Below are positions 56,094-64,000 of a stretch of DNA of 64,000 nt, one piece after another. Both the position numbers and the translations under genes were made by a program. Source of the DNA: an uncultured delta proteobacterium (GTDB lineage Bacteria; Desulfobacterota; Binatia; Binatales; Binataceae). The notes beneath the pieces were generated by a model. That model was not told the origin of the DNA, searched no databases, and saw nothing but the letters and a program-made list of their open reading frames with translations. How positions within the stretch are numbered: position 1 is the stretch's first letter; each line of letters starts with the position of its first letter. The stretch spans positions 75,198 to 139,197 of the forward strand of contig CAVURG010000006.1 of assembly GCA_963743865.1 (NCBI GenBank), written 5' to 3'.

Positions 56094-56275
56094 AGCGGCG
56101 GGACTTGGTGCAGCATCTGAAGAAATTCGGATGTGAATTCCTTTGAGAGGGCGGCGCGCATTCAGTGTACGTAAACCGGCGATCTGCCAAGTCATCTACC
56201 GTGCCGAGACATCGCGAAATCAAGGAATATCTGGCTCGCAAAATCTGCCGGGACCTGGAGATTCCAGAGCCATGA
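56090..56275 (+). pseudogene. hicA: HicA-family toxin with in-frame TGA at codon 19
   Basis: MKRRDLVQHLKKFGCEFL*EGGAHSVYVNRRSAKSSTVPRHREIKEYLARKICRDLEIPEP; ATGA overlap with hicB. Confidence 0.85.
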
Positions 56276-56424
56276 GTCCGCTCGCATCGACTGGCGACGC
56301 GATCCCTGCGCTGCACGCCCTTGAATCGTGGATTCACTTGAACGCCCGTGCGCCGGGCTCGACGCGCCCAGCCAGCAGCCATCCGCATCAACCACGATGT
56401 AGTATTTCGCGTTAGATCGAAAAC

Positions 56425-56459
56425 AAGAGCGGGGCCCCGGCGGACCCCGCTCTTCTTTT
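56425..56459. terminator. Probable bidirectional terminator
   Basis: AAGAGCGGGG..CCCCGCTCTT with A-rich and T-rich flanks between convergent genes. Confidence 0.7.
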
Positions 56460-56514
56460 GTTCAACTCACTCGCGGCGAGCGCATGAATGCGCGTGCGAG
56501 TTCGCTTGGGCGAC

Positions 56515-57333
56515 TCAATGCGCCGCCGGCGGCGCGCCCGCCTCCGGCGCCATTTTCATTTTGCCTGGCGCCATCTTCATTGTGCCCATGCTTGGCCCGG
56601 CCGGCAGTTCTTTCTTGGTGAAGCCTGCAGGAACCGCGAAATCGGCGTCAGCCAGCTTCTTTGACTCGATCTTCTCGACCTCCGTGGTGGTCGTGATCGG
56701 CGGGCGTTTCGCCATCATCTCGTTAATCTTGGCGGCCTGTTCCGGCGCCATCCCCGGCAGCGAGACGTGCCCCATCTTCATCGTCGAGTCCGTCGCGAGT
56801 GGCACTCCGCGTGGAATCTCGCCGCTGGTGGCCGGACCGGCGTTCGCGCTCTTGAGCTTGTCCGCCATATTTTTCTCGAACGCCGAAAACTCCTCGGCGC
56901 CGGGCGCGACGGTCGAGAAGCATTCCTTGATCGTGTAGTCGCCCTGCATCATGTGCCCGCCGCCGTTGTAGTCGGTGCACTTGTAGCCCGCGAACTCGCG
57001 CGTGGTGCCGGCCTTCTTGAAGTTCATCGCCGCGCTCCGGCTCGCCGCCATCATTGCCGCCATCTGCCCCTTGGGCGGAAACTCGATCTCGAAGTAGCTC
57101 TTCGCCTTCGGATCGATCACGTACATCACCCCTTTGTCGAGGTCAGTGATGATCGTGTGACGGTCGGTCTCCATCTTCTGCTTGTTGCCCTGCACCGAAA
57201 TGGTTTGTTCGCTGTCGCGAGTGTTGGCCCCATTGGTCACGTGCTGCTTTTGCGTGATGACGACTCCGGCAGCCGCGGGAAGCGCGGTCATTGCGAGCGT
57301 CATCCCCGCAACCAGGGCGGTTAATTTTCTCAT
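56515..57333 (-). CDS. Exported protein, DUF4412-like
   Basis: Signal peptide; IITDLDKG, GTTREFAGYKCTDY, FAVPAGF. Confidence 0.75.
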   Translation of the reverse strand: MRKLTALVAGMTLAMTALPAAAGVVITQKQHVTNGANTRDSEQTISVQGNKQKMETDRHTIITDLDKGVMYVIDPKAKSYFEIEFPPKGQMAAMMAASRSAAMNFKKAGTTREFAGYKCTDYNGGGHMMQGDYTIKECFSTVAPGAEEFSAFEKNMADKLKSANAGPATSGEIPRGVPLATDSTMKMGHVSLPGMAPEQAAKINEMMAKRPPITTTTEVEKIESKKLADADFAVPAGFTKKELPAGPSMGTMKMAPGKMKMAPEAGAPPAAH

Positions 57334-58382
57334 AGCGATTGCTCTCCTTGTGCTCGTTGCATTTTCATTACAGAGTCGCGACCCGCCGCGGCGGCGCCCG
57401 TCGTATCACCGCGCTGCTGCACGACCATCCGATGTATCATCAGGCTCAGCAGCCCGAACAACACCCATACCATTTCTTTGATTCGGCGGAGAAACCCCAC
57501 CGCGAAGCCTATTCCCGGCGGGTAACCGAGCATTCCCAGAATCAGCGCTTTACCGCCCTCCTGGCTTACCAGCTTGGCTGGAATCAGAAAGGTCGCGCGT
57601 TCGATCAGCAGCCCAACCGCCTCGACCAGCAGCGCTGTCTGTAGCGACGCCGGCTGATGCAGCAGCCGCAGCAGGATATAAATTTCCAGCGGCCCGAAAC
57701 TCCACGCGGCGGCATAGCACAGGCACGACGCGGCGAGCCGGGTGCGATGGCGCGCGTAAAAGTCGAGCAGCACCGCGTCGGCTTCCTCGGCGGACTCGCG
57801 GATTTCGCCGGTGTTGATTCGCGCGATATCGAACTTGGTCGCGGCACGCCACAGATGCGAGAACGGCCGCTTCATCTGCACGAAAAAGAAGGCCCCCGCC
57901 AGCGCCATCGCCAGCGCAAACCCGCCCAATATCGACCAGTAGAGGTTGGCGGCTACCGGGATCAGGCGCAGCGAAATCACCAGCGCGATCGAGATAAACA
58001 CGATCTGCCCGACCGCTTCGGCCAGCGACGCGACGATCACCGTCGCCAACCCCACCGGCATGCGCAGTTTCTCGCGCACATCCACCGCCATCACGAACTG
58101 CCCCCCGAGCTGCGCCGACGGCGTCACATAGTCGATCGCCTCACCGCCAATTCGCGCCGCAAACAACTCGATGAACCTGAGCTTCGGCGGATAGTCCTCA
58201 ATGGTGACGCGCCAGCCGAACGTGTTTGCGATCCGCGCCAGTACCTCCAGCGAAATCGTCAGCGCCAGGCCCCATCCCGCCATCCGCACGTAGCCGATCA
58301 CCTGCCCCGGCCCGTAATGGGTCAGGAACCAGGCGTAAAACGCGATCGCTATAACGATGAAGTATGTCTCGACGCGGCGCAT
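57330..58382 (-). CDS. Lysylphosphatidylglycerol synthase TM / flippase-like membrane protein
   Basis: GWR, GEAIDYVTPSAQLGG, FLIPAKL..EGG, RRIKEMVW; multiple TM helices. Confidence 0.75.
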   Translation of the reverse strand: MRRVETYFIVIAIAFYAWFLTHYGPGQVIGYVRMAGWGLALTISLEVLARIANTFGWRVTIEDYPPKLRFIELFAARIGGEAIDYVTPSAQLGGQFVMAVDVREKLRMPVGLATVIVASLAEAVGQIVFISIALVISLRLIPVAANLYWSILGGFALAMALAGAFFFVQMKRPFSHLWRAATKFDIARINTGEIRESAEEADAVLLDFYARHRTRLAASCLCYAAAWSFGPLEIYILLRLLHQPASLQTALLVEAVGLLIERATFLIPAKLVSQEGGKALILGMLGYPPGIGFAVGFLRRIKEMVWVLFGLLSLMIHRMVVQQRGDTTGAAAAGRDSVMKMQRAQGEQSL

Positions 58383-58513
58383 CGGCAGGTGGAGGCCGCC
58401 TCTTATGGAGGGGCGGCAACCGATGCATTCTTTCAGTCGCGCCCCACCTGCGCAACCCGCCACCGCCCCGCCCGCCTCTCCCCCTGGCCGTGGCGACGGC
58501 AGCGCAGTATTAG

Positions 58514-58584
58514 GCCGTTGGCAGGGGCCGCGCCCGCCAACGGCGGGCGGCCTTAATACTGGGTGCAGGGCTCAGCCCTGCTAC
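58514..58584 (-). repeat. ~70-bp REP-like unit starting at the aldo/keto reductase stop
   Basis: Near-identical reverse complement of 19794-19865; exact 28-mer at 58528-58555. Confidence 0.85.
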
Positions 58585-59696
58585 GGTTCTTCGCCGTGCT
58601 GGAACAGTCGCATCAACTCCTCGAGCGTCGCCGGCGGCTTGCGCGCCGTCTCGAGCGTGTCGCGAACGTGATCGGCCGACTTCATTCCTACCAGCGCCAC
58701 GTCCACACCCGGCGTCGAGCGGGTGAACTGAATCGCGCGCTGCGCATCGGTGGCGAAGCCGCTGAACGCATTCGCGACGATTGGCGGCAGACCGCGCGAT
58801 AACTGCCCCTGCAGCAGCGTCGCGCTCGCCGAAACCGCGACTCCGAACGCCTTCGCGGCAGCCAGCGTGATCGCCTTGCCGCCGTTCACGATTTGGTTCG
58901 ATCGCGTGACAGCCTCTGGCATCGCGAGATTGTACGGCAGCTGAATTGCGCGAAAATGATGCGCGTCGCCGCCAACCTCGCGCGCAATTCGCATCAGTTC
59001 GTCGAGCGAGAGCCATCCGCGCTCCGTTTGCGCCGCCCGGTAGCCGTTCCACGTCGCGGTCCCGTACACGCCGATCTTTCCGTCGGCCACCGCGCGTTCC
59101 AGGAAATCGAAAATCGTCGCCATCCGCGCCAGGAACTCTTTGCGCTCGACGGCCTCGAGCTGCGTCTCGGGATTGTGGATGTAATAGATGTCGATCGTCT
59201 CGAGATTGAGATTCTTGCGCGACAACTCCAGCATCGTGCCGATGTACTTCGGCGTCATGCAATGCGATCCGTCAACCAAATCGGCGGGCGCGACGATTCC
59301 CGTCTTCACGTAATGTTCTTCGAACCACGCGCGCGGATTGGCCGGCACGCCCCCGTCGAACGTGATATAACCGCCCTTGGTCGCGACCACCACCTGCTCG
59401 CGCGCGATTTCGCCCGCCACGACCAGCTCGTCAATCGCTTTGCCGATATTCCGTTCGCTGCGCTGGAAGCGGTAATTCACCGCGGTATCGATCAGATTGA
59501 TCCCGCCGCGAAGACTCGCCTTGATCGCCGCTTCGTAGGCCCGATCGGTCTCGTCGTCGGGATCGCCCAAGTACGTGCCGATTCCGATCGATGAAACCGA
59601 CAGCCCGAGCACCGGCCGGAAATTTCCCGGCAGCTGCGGGAACCGGCTCGCGTATGCGGTCGTAGCCTCCGCGGTCGCGCGCCCCTTAAGCATCAT
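58581..59696 (-). CDS. Aldo/keto reductase
   Basis: IGIGTYLG, IDTAVNY, TKGG, YIHNPE, IQLPYN, LVGM. Confidence 0.9.
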   Translation of the reverse strand: MMLKGRATAEATTAYASRFPQLPGNFRPVLGLSVSSIGIGTYLGDPDDETDRAYEAAIKASLRGGINLIDTAVNYRFQRSERNIGKAIDELVVAGEIAREQVVVATKGGYITFDGGVPANPRAWFEEHYVKTGIVAPADLVDGSHCMTPKYIGTMLELSRKNLNLETIDIYYIHNPETQLEAVERKEFLARMATIFDFLERAVADGKIGVYGTATWNGYRAAQTERGWLSLDELMRIAREVGGDAHHFRAIQLPYNLAMPEAVTRSNQIVNGGKAITLAAAKAFGVAVSASATLLQGQLSRGLPPIVANAFSGFATDAQRAIQFTRSTPGVDVALVGMKSADHVRDTLETARKPPATLEELMRLFQHGEEP

Positions 59697-60004
59697 GCCG
59701 TTTCTCCCGCGCGCCGTCGCGCCTGTTGCCTGGTTGCCTTGTACCCGGCCATCGCCCAAACCGGATCCGACGGCGGCGCGGCCGGCGCGCTCCCGTCGAT
59801 GAAATCCATATTCTCAAACGCGCCGCTCTCCATAAAGCTGCTCATCAGGTCGAGGAACGCGCCGCGCTGAGGCAGAATTTGCGCGTAGATCCCGCCGACC
59901 TTCGCGATTGCACCATCGTCGATATGAACGACGAGCCGCCCATCCGAGTAAAATACCTCATCATCGTCGTCATCGATGCGCTTGAAGAAATTGGCGGGAA
60001 GTTG
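59693..60004 (-). pseudogene. Internally deleted, start-less SAM methyltransferase remnant
   Basis: FFKRIDDDDDEVFYSDGRLVVHIDDGAI..LDLMSS joined directly to FMESGAFE..SDPVWAMAGYK; upstream in-frame TAA, no start codon. Confidence 0.6.
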
Positions 60005-60107
60005 TCTGGAAATGGTGAAATCGTGTTTTGAGGCCCTGTTGACAGATTACTTTTATCGTTAACTTTCAGCTATTTAGCGCAACTTCTGGGAAATTTAAGG
60101 AGCATCG

Positions 60108-60137
60108 TTGACATGCTTCGAGCGCGTCATCTAAAGT
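60108..60137 (+). promoter_or_regulatory. Candidate sigma70 promoter for the IclR gene
   Basis: TTGACA-18 nt-TAAAGT. Confidence 0.5.
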
Positions 60138-60195
60138 AAAACACTTTTACAAACCGCGCTTCGCCAACCTCGAGAACGGCCGGCGCGACAGCGGA

Positions 60196-60984
60196 ATGCC
60201 GATGGTCAGACGCGACAAAACCAACTACCTCATCCAATCCGTCGCCCACGCGTTCGATGTGCTCGAACAGTTCTTCGGCGACGTCGATGAACTCGGCGTT
60301 ACTGAACTTTCCAAGCGGCTCAAGCTGCATAAGAACAACGTCTTTCGAATCCTCGCGACGCTCGAAGCGCGCGGTTACATCGAACAAAACAAAGCCACCG
60401 AGAATTATCGCCTCGGCATCAAGTGCCTGCATCTCGGCCGCCGTTACATTCATCATATGGGCCTGGTGAGGCAAGCGCGCCCCATCCTGGCCGATGTCGC
60501 CCGCAAATGCCGTGAAAGCGCTTACGTCGCGATCGTCCGGCGTGACGGCGTGGTGCCGCTGGAAGCGGCCGAGGCCGAAGATCGCGCGGTGCGGATCACG
60601 CCGCCCATCGGAATTACCCTGCCGCTTCATTGTACGGCGGCCGGCAAGGCGCATCTTGCCTTCGACGCCGAAGAGCAGCTCAAGTCGGCGTTGCCCGAGA
60701 CGCTTCGGCGCTTCACCGATCGCACAATCGTCGATCGCGCCGCCCTGTTCGCGCAGCTTGAAGCAGTCGCGCGCGACGGTTACGCGGTGGATTCGGGCGA
60801 GTTCATCGAAGAAGTGTCGTCGGTCGCGGTGCCGATTCGCGACTACACCCGCTCGGTGGTCGGATCGATCGCGGTCGCCGGGCCGACGTATCGGATCGGC
60901 GCGGAACGAATCGCCGCCGAAATCGCGCCGAGCCTGCTCGAGGCCGGACGCGAACTGTCGCGCCGCCTCGGCTACAACGAGTGA
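60196..60984 (+). CDS. IclR-family transcriptional regulator
   Basis: IQSV..GVTELS..LHKNNVFRIL; PLHCTAAGKA; SVAVPI. Confidence 0.93.
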   Translation: MPMVRRDKTNYLIQSVAHAFDVLEQFFGDVDELGVTELSKRLKLHKNNVFRILATLEARGYIEQNKATENYRLGIKCLHLGRRYIHHMGLVRQARPILADVARKCRESAYVAIVRRDGVVPLEAAEAEDRAVRITPPIGITLPLHCTAAGKAHLAFDAEEQLKSALPETLRRFTDRTIVDRAALFAQLEAVARDGYAVDSGEFIEEVSSVAVPIRDYTRSVVGSIAVAGPTYRIGAERIAAEIAPSLLEAGRELSRRLGYNE

Positions 60985-60991
60985 TTCTTTT

Positions 60992-61089
60992 GTGGAACCC
61001 ACCGTGGGTTCCACGCCTCCTTGGGCAGGGGCCAGCCCCTGCACCTTAGTAAGGAAGAAGAAAAGATGCGGGCTTCGCCCTGTTAGAAC
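60992..61089. repeat. REP-like cluster
   Basis: GTGGAACCCAC-C-GTGGGTTCCAC hairpin; GCAGGGGCCAGCCCCTGCACC; 32-mer 61058-61089 identical to 17424-17455. Confidence 0.8.
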
Positions 61090-61287
61090 AGGTTAAGAGG
61101 AGATTTACGTCTCTGCCTCCGCCGCATTATTTCCTCTCTCCCATAGGGCGATTTGGAATTTGATTTCACGCCCGTCCATGATAGGAATGACACCGCGAAC
61201 TCATGAACGATGCGCGCTCAGTGGGGCGACGCTGCGGGTCTGGGTTCGCGCGGCTCAGGTTTTGAGGAGCCAAAGGAGAGGGGCCGC

Positions 61288-61428
61288 ATGGCAGTCGAAC
61301 CATCGCGCGACGAATTCTCCGAAGATAACATCCCTCCGCCCACAGGTACGATCTTCATCTTGGGAATGTACATGCTGGCGCTGGCCGTGGGATGGGCCGT
61401 GATGTTCTGGATGCTGCTGGACAGATAA
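61288..61428 (+). CDS. ba3-type oxidase small subunit IIa
   Basis: AAGGAG RBS; single TM helix PTGTIFILG..W..F..LLDR; abuts subunit II. Confidence 0.75.
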   Translation: MAVEPSRDEFSEDNIPPPTGTIFILGMYMLALAVGWAVMFWMLLDR

Positions 61429-61911
61429 GTGGAACGGTACGAGAAGGCCTTTCTTGCAGCGTGCGCCGGGGTGCTGGTCATTTTCCTGTGCGCGCTGGGC
61501 TACAGCGCCGTCGCGATGGGAGTGCATCTGCCCTCGCATAGCGAGAGGATCTATTGCAACGTCGGCCAGAAGCTTCGCAAGGTACTGCTCAAAACGCCGC
61601 CGTTTGATCACATAGGAGTGAGGGAAATCGCGCCGGGAAAATACGAGGCGGTGGTGATCGCCCAGGTTTGGCTCTTCACTCCCGATGAGATCGATGTCCC
61701 GGTGGGTGCCGACGTGAGATTCGTCGCAACCTCGGCTGACGTAATCCACGGATTTCTCATCCCCGGCACGCGGGTCAACATGATGCTGATTCCCGGGCAG
61801 ATTTCCGAGTTCGATTACCGCTTCACCAAGCCCGGCGAATACCTGCTGATTTGCCAGGAATACTGTGGCCGGCTGCATCACACGATGTCCGGAAAGGTGG
61901 TGGTCAAATGA
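61429..61911 (+). CDS. cbaB: ba3-type cytochrome c oxidase subunit II (CuA)
   Basis: One TM helix; DVIHGF; CQEYCGRLHHTM. Confidence 0.9.
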   Translation: MERYEKAFLAACAGVLVIFLCALGYSAVAMGVHLPSHSERIYCNVGQKLRKVLLKTPPFDHIGVREIAPGKYEAVVIAQVWLFTPDEIDVPVGADVRFVATSADVIHGFLIPGTRVNMMLIPGQISEFDYRFTKPGEYLLICQEYCGRLHHTMSGKVVVK

Positions 61912-63569
61912 GCACGGCTGTCGTCTCGGAGCCATCCGGCTTCGCGCTGCCGCAGGGCCAGTTGAACGTCATCCGATGGAACATCTACTTCGGATTCGCG
62001 GTGCTTGCGATCGGAGTCGTGATGGGCCTGGGCCAGGCGCTCAGCTATGCGCGAGTGAACATTGTCCAGTACTACCCGGTTGTGCATTCCTACTACCAGG
62101 GGCTGACGATTCATGGGGTGTTCAACGCGCTGGTGCTTACCACTGCGTTCGCCAACGGCTTCCTTTCGCTGACCACCGCGCGAGGACTCGCGCGCAAGCT
62201 CAACGATGCGCTGCTGCGTGCGGCGTTGTGGACGCTGGTCATAGGCTCCTTGCTGGCGGCGTATGCGATGTTCAGCGGCAAGGCCTCCGTGCTGTACACC
62301 TTCTATCCGCCGCTGGAAGCCGACTGGACCTTCTACCTGGGCCTGGCGCTGGTGGTGGTGAGCACGTGGATCACCTCGGCGGCTCAGCTTGCGGCTCTGC
62401 GCGGATGGCGCAAGGATCATCCGGGCGAGCGAGTGCCGCTGCTCGCCTTCATGTCGGTCGCTACCTATGTGATGTGGGACATCGCATCGATCGGGCTGGC
62501 GATCGAGGTCGTGGTGTTCCTGCTGCCATGGTCGCTGGGATTGCTTCCGGGCGTCGATCCGATGCTTGATCGCACGCTGTTCTGGTTCACCGGGCATCCG
62601 ATCGTGTACTTCTGGCTGCTGCCGGTTTACGTTTCATGGTACGGGCTGATTCCCAGACAGGTCGGTGGCGTGCTTTTCAGCGACACCCTGACGCGGGTGG
62701 CCTTCCTACTTTTTATCCTGCTGATCCCGGTCGGCTTTCATCACCAGTTCACCGACCCCGGAGTATCGCAGGGGCTGAAGTTCGCCGTCGTGATCATCAC
62801 CTTCGCGATTTTCTTTCCCAGTCTGATGACCGCGTTCTCGGTGATGTATGCGCTGGAGATCGCGGGACGGCGCCGTGGCGGGAGCGGACTCGTCGGATGG
62901 TTCTTCAGGCTTCCATGGAGCGATCCGTCAGTGGCGGCGCAGGTGCTGGCGATGATCGCATTCCTGCTCGGCGGCATCTCCGGCCTGATGAACGCGAGCT
63001 ACACAATGAACATGGAGATTCACAACACCGCGTTTATATCGGGCCATTTTCATCAAACCGTCGGCTGCGCGGTGGCTCTCTCCTACATGGGGATTGCCTA
63101 CTGGCTGATACCGTATTTCGAGCGGCGCGAGCTATGGTCGCCGCGCCTCGCACTGTTCCAGGCGTTTTTGTATTTCTTCGCAGTGATGATTTTCTCGAAC
63201 GCCCTGATGGCGGGAGGCATCGAGGGAATGCCGCGGCGCACCGACATGGTGCATGTAACCTACGGCCTGGCGGCGTGGAAGATTCCGGGAATTATGACGG
63301 GGGTCGGCGGCTCGCTGATGTTCGTGAGCGCGATGCTGTTCTTCTTCATCCTGGTGATGACGATAGTCGCCGGCAAGAAGACCCAGGCTCGCGACCTTCC
63401 GTTCACCGCGACGGTCCAGGCGCCGTCCACCATCGGATGGCAGCCGCGGCTTGATCGGCTTAGCTACTGGGTTCTCGCTTCGGTCGTCCTGATAATTGCG
63501 GTCTATGGCCCCTTCATCCTCGAACACTTCCCGCTGCGCCTCACGACCGCGGGCATCCTCTATCCTTAA
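61908..63569 (+). CDS. cbaA: B-family (ba3-type) heme-copper oxidase subunit I
   Basis: YYQGLTIHG, WFTGHPIVYFW, GFHHQF, GHFH, GMPRR. Confidence 0.93.
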   Translation: MSTAVVSEPSGFALPQGQLNVIRWNIYFGFAVLAIGVVMGLGQALSYARVNIVQYYPVVHSYYQGLTIHGVFNALVLTTAFANGFLSLTTARGLARKLNDALLRAALWTLVIGSLLAAYAMFSGKASVLYTFYPPLEADWTFYLGLALVVVSTWITSAAQLAALRGWRKDHPGERVPLLAFMSVATYVMWDIASIGLAIEVVVFLLPWSLGLLPGVDPMLDRTLFWFTGHPIVYFWLLPVYVSWYGLIPRQVGGVLFSDTLTRVAFLLFILLIPVGFHHQFTDPGVSQGLKFAVVIITFAIFFPSLMTAFSVMYALEIAGRRRGGSGLVGWFFRLPWSDPSVAAQVLAMIAFLLGGISGLMNASYTMNMEIHNTAFISGHFHQTVGCAVALSYMGIAYWLIPYFERRELWSPRLALFQAFLYFFAVMIFSNALMAGGIEGMPRRTDMVHVTYGLAAWKIPGIMTGVGGSLMFVSAMLFFFILVMTIVAGKKTQARDLPFTATVQAPSTIGWQPRLDRLSYWVLASVVLIIAVYGPFILEHFPLRLTTAGILYP

Positions 63570-63634
63570 GACTGTCGCTGCTAAAGCTCCGAAAGCGGTG
63601 AAGAGTCCAGCAGGCCAAGGCGGGGGCGGGCATT

Positions 63635-64000
63635 GGTAGCGGGTCAGTTTGAAATCCGCAGCCGTTGATTTGGCGATGCGTCCGCACTTCGGGTGTGCGA
63701 TAATGGTCGCATGGCGGAACGACGAAAGAAACGCCCGCGCGATCCGCTCGCGCTGGCGAAAATGATTGGCGACATCGCTACGGGTCAAGCGTCCGATACC
63801 GAGCCGGACAATCGAAATCCTGCTGCGGTTGAGATGGGCAGGCTTGGCGGACAGAAAGGGGGAAAGGCAAGAGCGGCGAAGTTGAGTGCCGAGAAGCGTC
63901 GGGAAATTGCCAAGAAAGCCGCACAGAAGCGGTGGGCTAGTCACTGAGGCAAAGAGTCTCAAGGCTCGTGAGAATCTCTATGTGTTGATGAGTTCTCAAC
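63635..64000. mobile_element. Probable end of an IS1-family-like element, continuing beyond the window
   Basis: GGTAGCGGGTCAGTTTGAAAT resembles termini I recall for such elements; followed by a small basic ORF; no transposase in the window. Confidence 0.5.
63711..63947 (+). CDS. Small basic hypothetical protein of a type seen in IS cargo
   Basis: KRPRDP.LAK.I.DIATG..AAV.MGRLGGQKGGKARAAKLS..R.EIAKKAA..RW. Confidence 0.75.
   Translation: MAERRKKRPRDPLALAKMIGDIATGQASDTEPDNRNPAAVEMGRLGGQKGGKARAAKLSAEKRREIAKKAAQKRWASH

Noticed and set aside
59726-60031. 101-aa plus-strand ORF
   Set aside because: Antisense shadow of the minus-strand methyltransferase remnant
61159-61175. FNR/CRP box upstream of the oxidase operon
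   Set aside because: Only a TTGAT half-site; no matching ATCAA

Overview
High-GC bacterial chromosome segment, mostly housekeeping. The gene order (xerC-hslVU-argBDFGH-lipoprotein-lysA-dapF-dapA) resembles deltaproteobacteria-like lineages, possibly Ca. Binatota (inference only). It also carries glmU-glmS, split biotin carboxylase/BCCP, moaB and a moaD-moaE fusion, ispH, a Btu/Fec-type ABC importer, a fused ETF, a family B DNA polymerase, rpoD, a membrane Fe-S oxidoreductase, hicBA and a ba3-type oxidase operon. An IS1-like element appears to start at the right edge. At least 12 genes, several essential, are broken by single-base indels, most likely long-read errors. The best signals outside the ORF track are: (1) a complete glmS ribozyme at 17687-17833; (2) an unassigned ~90-nt promoter-to-terminator RNA with 1:2/2:3/3:4 switch geometry ahead of a SAM methyltransferase (36374-36495), the best candidate for an undescribed element; (3) a 58-aa Cys/His-rich ORF inside the arg operon; (4) a dispersed REP-like repeat family at gene 3' ends; (5) a HicA with an in-frame TGA; (6) an internally deleted methyltransferase remnant. 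I saw no CRISPR array, rRNA or tRNA. All calls are by eye; no searches were run.
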